DNA from: a virus
Taxonomy: Duplodnaviria > Heunggongvirae > Uroviricota > Caudoviricetes
Length of the DNA stretch: 64,000 nt
IMG/VR virus record: IMGVR_UViG_2654587728_000014
Location: 5,853 to 69,852 of that record
Strand: one strand, 5' to 3'
Made by a program: the position numbers and the translations under genes. Of this stretch, positions 56,191-64,000 are shown piece after piece. The notes beneath the pieces are model-generated. The model saw nothing but the letters and a program-made list of their open reading frames with translations. It did no database searches and was not told where the DNA came from. Position 1 is the stretch's first letter. Every line of letters begins with the position of its first letter.

Positions 56191-58995
56191 TTTGTTTCCA
56201 CTGGTCAGGCCACCCCGCAGCAGGTCTGCTTTGCGGCTGGCGCGTTCAGTGGTTTCACTGATTCTCTGTGCGTGCTCTGCGTCGCGGATGGCGCGCAGCA
56301 TGTCAGAAAGCACGGTAACGGGTGTTTTCATGGTGTTCTGGTCCTGCTGAAGTGTGGATGCCAGGCGTGCGGCGGCTTCAGGGTCTGATGCCCCCAGCTG
56401 TGCCAGATAGCTGGCGACCGGGTTATGGCGGATCTCCGTGCTGCTTACGCCATGATTACGGCTCAGACGCTGCCAGAGCTGCGTGATTCGGCTGTCCGGG
56501 CGGGTATCCGGTTTGCGTACAATTTCAAATCCCTGCGGTGCAATGATGCTGCCGTCAACGTACAGACTGCCGCCCCGTAACAGGTGCTGCATCTGTTGTT
56601 CACCGATATGCAGGCCGAGAGATTCAGCAGACTCCCGCCATTCTTTAGCGAGTAACTCGTGGTTATCAGGCAAAGGCCGCTGCTGTTTGCGGCTCTGTGT
56701 CCAGTTCTGCATTTCATCGCTGCTGTTTTTTGCCTGTTTGTCACGAAGCGAACGCATCAGCGCCCGGCGTTCGTGCCGTTTCAGTGAGCGCATCCATTCA
56801 TTTACTTCAACGCCGTCAGGAAGCTGCGGCCACGGTGCTGGCCGTTCTTCCGGCTGTTCTGTCCCGTTGTTGCCTGTTTCCTGTACACGGGGACAGTTAT
56901 TGCCACGAGTCCAAGGGGCGGCAGGGCCGCCCTGAAGGTCAAAACCATTTTCGCGGGCGCTGTCTTCCGCTTCCGGTTTGCGTCTTACCAGCTTCCAGTT
57001 ATCCGGATGCGTGCATACGCGGGAAGACTCCCCAATGAGCGGCGACCAGATCCCGTAAATCTGTACGCTCTGTTCACCGTAATCGTTCAGCTCATCTGCG
57101 AGGTCGTAGGCGGTGCGAATCAGGTAGTCTTTGCGTGGAACAAGTACGCCACCCTGTTTCTCAATGTAGGTGGCAAAACATCCGGCATCAGCGGCAGCGA
57201 GTACCGCGTCCATTGCGTCATCCTTCAGCCGTTGCGGGCCTTCCGGATTGCGTGCCATCTGGCTGGCAAGGCGGCGCAGTTCACGCCACACCTGACGGGA
57301 GGGGATGCCAAAGAACTGGAACTGACGGACCCGGTGAAGGCGCGCCCAGCCGATGGCGCGCTCCACGCTCTCGGCCATTGATTTACCTGTTTCGTGGTCA
57401 ACGCGTGGCTTGCCCGTTTTCGGGTCGATGCCATCCACGGCGCGGCTGTCCAGGTTCTTTCCGATGTAGGTGGCGATGTAGCTGGTTGGCGTGCCTTTTG
57501 AGCCGTCGACGTACTCCGCCTTAAAACGCGGAGTTATGTCATCGCCCAGCTCGTGGCGGTCTTCCTGAATGGCAATATCGCAGACGTGGGACACGATGGT
57601 TTCAATCTCGTCCGGATGTGCAAAGACCATCATATGCCAGTGCACAGTGCCGTCATGGTGAGGCTCCACCGTGCGGATGCCATACCAGCGCAGGCCGTCG
57701 CGGTTCAGTTTTTTGCGGACCGCCGCAAAAAACGTGTTAACCAGGTAATCGCTGGAGTCGCGCATTGTGGCCCCGTTCCATTTGGGATTCGGATGACCGT
57801 TCTCCGTTGTTGCGTGGTATTTTGACGGGCAGGTGACAGTCAGAAACACCGCTCTGTCGCCACGGGCTTCGGCCAGAAGTTCCAGCCCCTTCATGGTGGC
57901 CATCATTTCTGCCTTACGGTGAACCGGGTTACTTACTCCCGCGTAATACACCGTCTCGAGATCAATCGTGAACCCGTCTTCATTTTCCAGCATGAAACTT
58001 TTCAGGAAATCGCGTGTTTTCTCGCGCTGTGCGCGAAACTCGCTTAACGCGTCCTGGCTCAGATAGGGTGATGTTTTTCTGGAAACCAGACAGGCGGCGC
58101 GGAGTTGTTCTTCCCGCCACTCGCAACGTAACAGCCACAGTTTGCGTTTCCACCATTCCGCACAGGTCAGGCGAAGGGTTGCGCCCGGCAGCAGCTCCGT
58201 GTCCGGTTCGTTCCTCCGGTCTTTGTCTGTTGTCAGTGCGTCATAATGTGGAGGCATGGCGTGCAGGTGTAACGCCATGCGGGCCAGCATCTGATACGCC
58301 TTCAGCGTTACATCCATGGTCAGCTCACCATCGGTCGCGCCAAAGCCATCGCAGAGTTTTTCGAAGGTGCTGCTGAACATCGCCGCCGTCATGGTGGCCA
58401 GCGTCTGTATCTGGTGCTTGTTGAGCTGCGGCAGGTAAAGCAAATCATCCAGGCGTTCGCGTCCGGCAAGGGAGCGATAACCCGGTGTCAGCCAGCGGTG
58501 GTCGGTGCGGTCCAGGCGTTCGAATATTTTGCGCAGGGTTCCGCGCGCGTAGCGTTCAGCCTGCCAGCTCTTTTTGCCTTTCTGGCGATCGGCTTCCTGT
58601 TTTTTGCGCAGGAAAGAGAGGTGGCGGCTCAGAGGTTTACGCAGATAAACGGGAAGCACCTTCAGTGTGGCAAAAGCACGGGCCACCGGGTCTTGTTCTG
58701 TTGCCTGACGCTTGCTGATGATGCTTTGTGCCAGCTTTTCACGCTGTCCGGCTTCCTCAAGGGATGCCATGAGTTTTTTACCCACGGTGGATTGTGCGAA
58801 AAAGGCTTCCTCCTTCGCTTCCTGTTCTTCCAGAGCCTTTTTGTCTGCCTCAAGGTAGTAACGGATGGCGCGTTGCAGGTCGGTTTCAGTTTCCTGCCTG
58901 TGCTCCGTAAATCTGGCCGGATCAATGGCTGGCCGTGGTTCATTCCAGCTCCATGCAAACTCATTCATGGCTGGTATCCCGTCACGCGCTGCCAC
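56128..58995 (-). CDS. replication initiation endonuclease (P2 gpA-like, rolling-circle HUH)
   Basis: 955 aa; HUH-like TVHWHMMVF and Tyr-containing YIATYIGK motifs. Confidence 0.8.
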   Translation of the reverse strand: MAARDGIPAMNEFAWSWNEPRPAIDPARFTEHRQETETDLQRAIRYYLEADKKALEEQEAKEEAFFAQSTVGKKLMASLEEAGQREKLAQSIISKRQATEQDPVARAFATLKVLPVYLRKPLSRHLSFLRKKQEADRQKGKKSWQAERYARGTLRKIFERLDRTDHRWLTPGYRSLAGRERLDDLLYLPQLNKHQIQTLATMTAAMFSSTFEKLCDGFGATDGELTMDVTLKAYQMLARMALHLHAMPPHYDALTTDKDRRNEPDTELLPGATLRLTCAEWWKRKLWLLRCEWREEQLRAACLVSRKTSPYLSQDALSEFRAQREKTRDFLKSFMLENEDGFTIDLETVYYAGVSNPVHRKAEMMATMKGLELLAEARGDRAVFLTVTCPSKYHATTENGHPNPKWNGATMRDSSDYLVNTFFAAVRKKLNRDGLRWYGIRTVEPHHDGTVHWHMMVFAHPDEIETIVSHVCDIAIQEDRHELGDDITPRFKAEYVDGSKGTPTSYIATYIGKNLDSRAVDGIDPKTGKPRVDHETGKSMAESVERAIGWARLHRVRQFQFFGIPSRQVWRELRRLASQMARNPEGPQRLKDDAMDAVLAAADAGCFATYIEKQGGVLVPRKDYLIRTAYDLADELNDYGEQSVQIYGIWSPLIGESSRVCTHPDNWKLVRRKPEAEDSARENGFDLQGGPAAPWTRGNNCPRVQETGNNGTEQPEERPAPWPQLPDGVEVNEWMRSLKRHERRALMRSLRDKQAKNSSDEMQNWTQSRKQQRPLPDNHELLAKEWRESAESLGLHIGEQQMQHLLRGGSLYVDGSIIAPQGFEIVRKPDTRPDSRITQLWQRLSRNHGVSSTEIRHNPVASYLAQLGASDPEAAARLASTLQQDQNTMKTPVTVLSDMLRAIRDAEHAQRISETTERASRKADLLRGGLTSGNKKQTETGLTNPVNEQKTRSDI

Positions 58996-59354
58996 TCCTG
59001 CGAGAAGAGGGCAGAAAGGCGGTTAAATTCAGCGGTGTATTCACTCAGCGAGGCACACCCGCCAGCAGTGCGATGCGCCAGCATTGCCGCAAATACGGAG
59101 GTCGGGGAGTCGTAATACGCCAGCAGTGATTCTCCGTGTGGTGTCAGGCAGTGCAACGCCAGCCCGTGTGGTGTGAAGTCCACGCGGTAGCAGTCGTCTA
59201 CTGTGAAATAAAGGGTGTCTGCATTCTCCGGTTTTGTGGTGCGTGCTCTGTTGTCACGACCACGGATGTAGAGATCAAATAATCCCTGAAGAACGGGAGC
59301 CAGACGGGTGTCCTGTGTGCGCACCCATCTTGTGAAGTCATGAGCGTCAATCAT
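58965..59354 (-). CDS. hypothetical early protein
   Basis: 129-aa ORF overlapping the start of A. Confidence 0.4.
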   Translation of the reverse strand: MIDAHDFTRWVRTQDTRLAPVLQGLFDLYIRGRDNRARTTKPENADTLYFTVDDCYRVDFTPHGLALHCLTPHGESLLAYYDSPTSVFAAMLAHRTAGGCASLSEYTAEFNRLSALFSQEWQRVTGYQP

Positions 59355-59426
59355 GCTGCAATTCTCTTTACTACAGATGTGCGAAGGCCTCCCGCCGCAA
59401 GGTGCAGGAAAGGCCCGGAACAGGAA

Positions 59427-59657
59427 TTAATGGGGTTTGTTTTGCTGCTCGATGAGCTGCTGAAGCTCGCGCAGATCATCCGCCAGATAGCTAAATACTG
59501 CGGCGGAGTAGGCGTTTGACAGCACGTGGCTGTGCTCATGTGACATGTTGATGAACATGATACGAGCGACGCGTGATGCGCGGTAAAGTCTGCGGTTGAT
59601 TTCAGTCTGGATGTGACGACGCGCAGCGTATGCGCGCTGTTGTTTGCGGTTTGCCAT
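59427..59657 (-). CDS. hypothetical small basic protein
   Basis: 76-aa ORF. Confidence 0.3.
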   Translation of the reverse strand: MANRKQQRAYAARRHIQTEINRRLYRASRVARIMFINMSHEHSHVLSNAYSAAVFSYLADDLRELQQLIEQQNKPH

Positions 59658-59979
59658 GGGGTGGCCTCTTTGGTTGTAAGTTTTGAAAACTCACCATCCA
59701 GAGGTGGAAAACTCGGGGTGGTGAGACGTACAGGGTTTCCACAACCGGCAACCAAAGAACCCGGCCCGACCGAAGTCGGCCCTGTACGCCCCACCATAAT
59801 TCGTGTGCGAAAAAGACGTGGCGATACGGTACGCACAAAAAAACCGCTGGCGCGGTTGTGCGCTTTGGTTGTCAGCGGGGTGGAAATCCCGGCACCCGTT
59901 TTATGAGGTGCAGCGGAAATGTAACCTGACTGATTGCGGCATGGCAAGCGGTTTTTTTGTGTGTGCATGTTCTGGTTTC

Positions 59980-60279
59980 TTACTGGTTCAGAAAAAAATC
60001 AAAAACCTTGTCAATGCGTTGCAGCAGCTCTTGCTGTATTGCTTCCGGCGTTTCCGGTTCGCCCGGCGCCTCCAACGTCGCGCAGAAATCAGCGATTTCA
60101 TGATGGAGCGTCAGGCGAATGGCAGGAGCCGTGGTTCTGGCGTGCTCCAGCTCATTCAGCAGTGCCAGCACAGCAGACGGCGAGAGCATTGCGCGAAATG
60201 CCAGTAATTTTTGAGGCGTTGCCATTCGTTGCAGGGCAAATGCCAGTTCGCGTAGCTTCTGGTGGTTGATGGTGCTCAT
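59980..60279 (-). CDS. hypothetical protein
   Basis: 99-aa ORF with start/stop coupling to neighbours. Confidence 0.35.
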   Translation of the reverse strand: MSTINHQKLRELAFALQRMATPQKLLAFRAMLSPSAVLALLNELEHARTTAPAIRLTLHHEIADFCATLEAPGEPETPEAIQQELLQRIDKVFDFFLNQ

Positions 60280-60542
60280 GCTCTGGCTTCCTTCAGTAGC
60301 TGGTTAAACATGTGAGTAAGTGGATTGCTACACCCGAACGGCATCGGGTTTACGTGGTAAGAAGCCTGGCCTCCTGTTTTGCGAGCGCGACCACCTGTGC
60401 TGCGGTTTGTTCTGATGACTAAGCCGCCGCGCCAAAGTCGGCGTAACTCAGCATTAATGGCTGTGGTTGGGGTATTCAGTGCTGCGGCGATCTCTCCGCC
60501 GCTACACCCCGGATGAGTAGCGATGTAGTCCAGAATGGTCAT
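60276..60542 (-). CDS. putative winged-helix DNA-binding protein
   Basis: 88 aa; ILDYIATHPGCSGGEIAAALNTPTTAINAELRRLWRGGLV. Confidence 0.4.
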   Translation of the reverse strand: MTILDYIATHPGCSGGEIAAALNTPTTAINAELRRLWRGGLVIRTNRSTGGRARKTGGQASYHVNPMPFGCSNPLTHMFNQLLKEARA

Positions 60543-60742
60543 CTGCGTGGCTCCTGTACCTGTCGGATAAGATTTACTCGCGCCACGTTGGTGGCGCAGA
60601 AGTAAGTGCCGTCAGTGAGGTAGATGTGGTGTGCATCCTTTTCCGAACGATGTTTGTCGATAGTGGTAATCAGGCGTTCGTCGACCTCGTATTCGCGCCC
60701 TCTGGAGGTAAAGCGAACGACGGGAAAATGCTTAATTGCCAT
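60539..60742 (-). CDS. hypothetical protein
   Basis: 67-aa ORF. Confidence 0.35.
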   Translation of the reverse strand: MAIKHFPVVRFTSRGREYEVDERLITTIDKHRSEKDAHHIYLTDGTYFCATNVARVNLIRQVQEPRR

Positions 60743-60765
60743 TGCGCCCCCTTTGTCCAGTAACC

Positions 60766-61182
60766 CTATGCGTTAAATACGGCACGTTGCGCGTCATCAA
60801 TGAATACAGCTTGAGAGCGTTCTATCAGGCGGAGATTTGTCAGAAGCTCTGACTCTTTTGTGTGGTAAGGCGTTATCAGGTATTTGCCGTGCAGTTCGGC
60901 AATAATGGTGTATTGCGTCATTATTGCCGAACCAAGAATGTAAATGCGGCGTCCAATGCTGGACGGATTCATGGCTGCAACTGTTGACTGTGTTTTAAGA
61001 GTATCGATTTCTTTGCCCTGTTCCTCAATAATTTTGGCTGCGTCAGCGGTGATTTTTGCAATGGTCAGTGCGTGAAGTGCTGCCATATGTTGGCTACGCT
61101 TCACGGCATCTTTAGCCATTTCATCTTCCGCTTCTGATATTTTTTTAAATGTGTCGATAATGCCTTCTTCTTTTGCTTTCAT
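60766..61182 (-). CDS. hypothetical protein
   Basis: 138-aa ORF. Confidence 0.35.
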   Translation of the reverse strand: MKAKEEGIIDTFKKISEAEDEMAKDAVKRSQHMAALHALTIAKITADAAKIIEEQGKEIDTLKTQSTVAAMNPSSIGRRIYILGSAIMTQYTIIAELHGKYLITPYHTKESELLTNLRLIERSQAVFIDDAQRAVFNA

Positions 61183-61384
61183 TTTATATCTCCGTTATTT
61201 ACGCGTGCGAATACCTCCATTAATACGGATGGTTTTCACGTTTTCTTATTTAATTTGATGTTTTATTTGTATCGTTATTCATCAGAGAAAAAACGCTCGA
61301 TCTTTTTCACTGAATTAATAATTCGCATAATCCCAATGGCGCAGACCACCGAAATAATCAGAACAAGCCATGAGATAAATATAC

Positions 61385-61630
61385 TCATGCGATATTTCCC
61401 AACTTATACGGTTCAATATGTTCCCCGCATTCTGCGGCACAGATCAGCTCGGAAAGTTCGTTAAGTGCATCCAGATCATCAGCGTAAAAAGCCACGTCAT
61501 ACAGACTTCGGATTGCTCTGGTCAATGAGTCACGGGCCGCACGTTCAGCATGAGCGCCTGATGCACTTAAGCGAAAATAAAAACGCTCAAGTGCTTTGTT
61601 AATGAGAGTTTTATATTCTTTGCCCATCAC
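61385..61630 (-). CDS. hypothetical protein
   Basis: 81-aa ORF. Confidence 0.3.
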   Translation of the reverse strand: MMGKEYKTLINKALERFYFRLSASGAHAERAARDSLTRAIRSLYDVAFYADDLDALNELSELICAAECGEHIEPYKLGNIA

Positions 61631-61638
61631 AACGCCCT

Positions 61639-62040
61639 TTAATCTGCTTTCTGTATTTCAGCTTCTGAATCCATACAAATAATTTCGATATAGGGTTCAT
61701 CGGCATTAACCTGGCGTGCCTTTTCAGCTTCGCTAATGATTTCTCGTACGGTCTGGTACGGAAGTTCCACAAGCAGTCGCGTGCCGTTCAGATAAACGTA
61801 AGTGGCTTCGTCGGTTCCGTTTTTACCCGCCGGAGTCACTCCGTCAATAGCGGATGCACGTAATAACAGTTCACCGCGAAAATCAATAAAACGGATAAAT
61901 ACACCTTGTGCATGGTCTTTGGTCATAAAGCGCCTGTTATAAATCAGCCTGTTTAATAAAACTTTGCCCGCGAAGCAGACGATCAACCGTGCGAAGTGCT
62001 TCGTATAATGTGAAATCCTGCCCGAACTGATTGTCGCCAC
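61639..62040 (-). CDS. hypothetical protein
   Basis: 133-aa ORF; partly overlaps 61937-62275 so one of the two may be spurious. Confidence 0.3.
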   Translation of the reverse strand: MATISSGRISHYTKHFARLIVCFAGKVLLNRLIYNRRFMTKDHAQGVFIRFIDFRGELLLRASAIDGVTPAGKNGTDEATYVYLNGTRLLVELPYQTVREIISEAEKARQVNADEPYIEIICMDSEAEIQKAD

Positions 62041-62275
62041 AGCTCAATGCAAAAATGCGGTTTCCGGTAAACGGATTGCGTGGGCATTTGTGGATCACGA
62101 TTCCAGCTTTCTCAATCAGCCAGGCGTGCTCGCCGATTTGTTTTACTGGGTAGCCATCCGGCGTTGCGTGTGTATCACTCAGGCTGTAGCGAGAGTTGCT
62201 GCGTGATGCACTGGTAGTGAAACGGTTAGCGTGGCGTTCTGTTCCGGTACGAAAATTACGGCGTTGCTTCAGCAT
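61937..62275 (-). CDS. hypothetical protein
   Basis: 112-aa ORF. Confidence 0.3.
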   Translation of the reverse strand: MLKQRRNFRTGTERHANRFTTSASRSNSRYSLSDTHATPDGYPVKQIGEHAWLIEKAGIVIHKCPRNPFTGNRIFALSCGDNQFGQDFTLYEALRTVDRLLRGQSFIKQADL

Positions 62276-62289
62276 AAAATGACACCTCG

Positions 62290-62568
62290 TTATTTTGTCA
62301 TCTGCACGTATTTTTCTGCGCTCCTGATTGTTTTCAGGAAAAGAGCGAAGAGATTTACTGTGCGTCTTGAGTTCTTTTCATCCTGGTTGATGGGAATTGA
62401 ACCTCTGTCAGCCTGTCTTTTCACTGTGTTAACAGCTTGGTTGGTACGCTTTGCGTAATCTTTCAGGCTTTCTTCAAGTACTGGTAACCCATGCTCATCG
62501 CGGTAGGGATAGAACGCTGCTAAACGCTCAAAGTCTGCCTGTTCGTGTGTGTTCAGGACTTTTGCCAT
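62290..62568 (-). CDS. putative early lytic regulator (Cox/Apl position)
   Basis: 92 aa, first gene of the minus-strand early operon, divergent from the C repressor; assignment by position only. Confidence 0.35.
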   Translation of the reverse strand: MAKVLNTHEQADFERLAAFYPYRDEHGLPVLEESLKDYAKRTNQAVNTVKRQADRGSIPINQDEKNSRRTVNLFALFLKTIRSAEKYVQMTK

Positions 62569-62664
62569 GTGTGATAACCTGCGCTATCTGTGGTTGTTTG
62601 TGACTTGGTGTACTTATAAGTACACCTTGTGCGCAAGCTTAGTGTACTTATAGGAACACTGTCA

Positions 62665-62973
62665 ATGCTTATCGGTGAAAAAATTAGAGTGATTCGTGAA
62701 TCAGAGGATTTAACGCGCGAAGAATTTTGCGGCCTGATTGATGTGCCTATCGGCACTTTGCGTCGTTATGAAACGGGGCGGATTGAAAACATAGGGGGCG
62801 AAGTGCTTATCAAGATTGTTAATCACCCTCGCTTTTTTAAGTACATGAATTGGCTTATGACGGGAAAAACAAATGAGGCTGCTGGGCAGATCAGTCCGTC
62901 TCTCTCCCCTGATGGGCCAAAAAGCACATCGCCTTCTCAAAAACCCCGCAAGACTGGCACACAGCCCGGCTAA
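62665..62973 (+). CDS. immunity repressor (P2 C-like)
   Basis: From internal Met MLIGEKIRVIRESEDLTREEF; HTH and C-terminal GQISPSLSPDG...SQKPRKTG parallel the P2 C repressor as remembered. Confidence 0.65.
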   Translation: MLIGEKIRVIRESEDLTREEFCGLIDVPIGTLRRYETGRIENIGGEVLIKIVNHPRFFKYMNWLMTGKTNEAAGQISPSLSPDGPKSTSPSQKPRKTGTQPG

Positions 62974-63022
62974 TCATGGAGCGCTGGGGGCATGGTGGTC
63001 TTGTAACGCTGGGGTTTCACGA

Positions 63023-64000
63023 ATGAGCATAAAATCAATTCCGGGAGGGTATCTTCTTGACATACGCCCGGAGGGGCGTAAAGGCAAACGCATTCGTAAA
63101 AAATTTAAAACGAAATCGGATGCAGTTTTATATGAGCGGTGGGTGCTGGCGCAACAGCATAACAATGAGTGGAAAGGAAACTCTATTGATCGCCGTCCGC
63201 TGTCAGTGCTTATTGACTTGTGGTGGAAATACCACGGCCAGCTAATGAAGTCAGGGCATAACACGCGCCTTAAATTGCTGCGCTTGAGTGAGGCAATGGA
63301 TGACCCGTGCGTGCATAAACTTAATACAACGATGCTCACCGAGCTACGTGTGTCCAGGATAGAGCAGGGGATACAGCCCAGCACCATAAATCGAGAGATT
63401 GGGGCGTTAAGCGCGATGTTTACCGCACTCATCTCATCCGGCCATTTTCTTAACGATAACCCCGTTCAAGGCCTTAAAGGAATGAAGGTTAACGAGCGCG
63501 AAATGGGATACCTGAGTAAGTCTGAATGTGTTCAGTTGCTGGATGCACTGGCTGAAAATCCCGATGAACGGCTGGCTGTCGAAATCCTTCTGTCGACCGG
63601 GGCGCAATGGGGCGAGGTAGCGGCACTGGAGCAGCGCCGTGTTCTTCATTGTCGAATCACTTTTTCAAAAACGAAGAACAGCAAAAACCGTACCGTTCCT
63701 ATTTCTGAAAGCCTGTTTGAAAAGATCAAAAAACGGGGCGGGAAACTGGTGTTTCCGACGCTGGATTATTCATTGGTTCGCGATGTCATCAAAACGGTCG
63801 CACCTGATGTTCCTGACGGCCAGGCTGTTCATGCGCTGCGCCACACCTTCGCCAGTCATTTCATGATGAACGGCGGCAATATTCTGACGCTCCAGAAAAT
63901 TCTGGGGCACGCAAAGATTCAGACAACGATGATTTATGCCCATCTTGCGCCGGATTACCTGCAGGATGCGGTGAGGTTTAATCCACTAGGAGGTGCTTAA
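63023..64000 (+). CDS. int: tyrosine integrase (P2 Int-like)
   Basis: About 325 aa; C-terminal catalytic motifs HALRHTFASHFMMNGGNILTLQKILGHAKIQTTMIYAHL; stop at 63998-64000. Confidence 0.85.
   Translation: MSIKSIPGGYLLDIRPEGRKGKRIRKKFKTKSDAVLYERWVLAQQHNNEWKGNSIDRRPLSVLIDLWWKYHGQLMKSGHNTRLKLLRLSEAMDDPCVHKLNTTMLTELRVSRIEQGIQPSTINREIGALSAMFTALISSGHFLNDNPVQGLKGMKVNEREMGYLSKSECVQLLDALAENPDERLAVEILLSTGAQWGEVAALEQRRVLHCRITFSKTKNSKNRTVPISESLFEKIKKRGGKLVFPTLDYSLVRDVIKTVAPDVPDGQAVHALRHTFASHFMMNGGNILTLQKILGHAKIQTTMIYAHLAPDYLQDAVRFNPLGGA

Larger units (their letters stand above)
39496..64000. mobile_element. P2-like prophage (G through integrase); attachment site beyond window edge
   Basis: Gene order G-H-I-J-W-V-S-R-lysis-X-L-M-N-O on minus and P-Q on plus, then cargo, rep A, early genes, C repressor and integrase, matching the P2 prophage map as remembered; FI, FII, E, D and ogr equivalents not present. 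Confidence 0.75.

Noticed and set aside
59351-59968. 205-aa minus-strand ORF in the P2-like early region
   Set aside because: Ser/Thr/Pro-rich, non-protein-like translation overlapping the more plausible 59427-59657 ORF; the ~600-bp region may be regulatory or non-coding instead.

Overview
This window is a composite of two prophages plus a tail-fibre inversion cassette. (1) 1-2833: the 3' end of a tail-fibre gene, two convergent tail-fibre assembly genes, two promoterless alternative fibre C-terminal cassettes and a Gin/Hin/Pin/Cin-family serine invertase. (2) 2841-~4860: a P2-like tail remnant, gpU plus only the C-terminal half of the tape-measure gene. (3) ~4860-39489: a Mu-like transposable prophage with divergent arms. 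The early arm is on the minus strand (Mor, GemA-like, Gam, B ATPase, DDE transposase A, Ner-like, with an XRE repressor on plus), followed by an accessory island (Dam methylase, P-loop NTPase, small ORFs) and a plus-strand late arm (lysis, terminase, portal, head, contractile tail, tail fibre). This layout resembles BcepMu-type phages rather than Mu itself (from memory). (4) 39496-64000: a P2-like prophage from tail-fibre assembly G through H, baseplate, lysis and capsid genes, terminase P and portal Q, a cargo region with parMR-like genes, replication protein A, early genes, C repressor and integrase at the window edge. No rRNA, tRNA or CRISPR array was seen. The most interesting signals are: the Mu-like and P2-like tail-fibre genes lie convergently and share a conserved ~200-bp segment and gix/hix-like motifs, so they could act as one invertible unit; synteny breaks show the prophages have been rearranged; and two accessory islands carry ORFan genes in positions where phages often carry defence or anti-defence cargo. 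All protein calls rest on my reading of the supplied ORF translations and remembered family signatures; no database search was run, and the ORF track uses GTG/TTG starts in places, so start coordinates are approximate.
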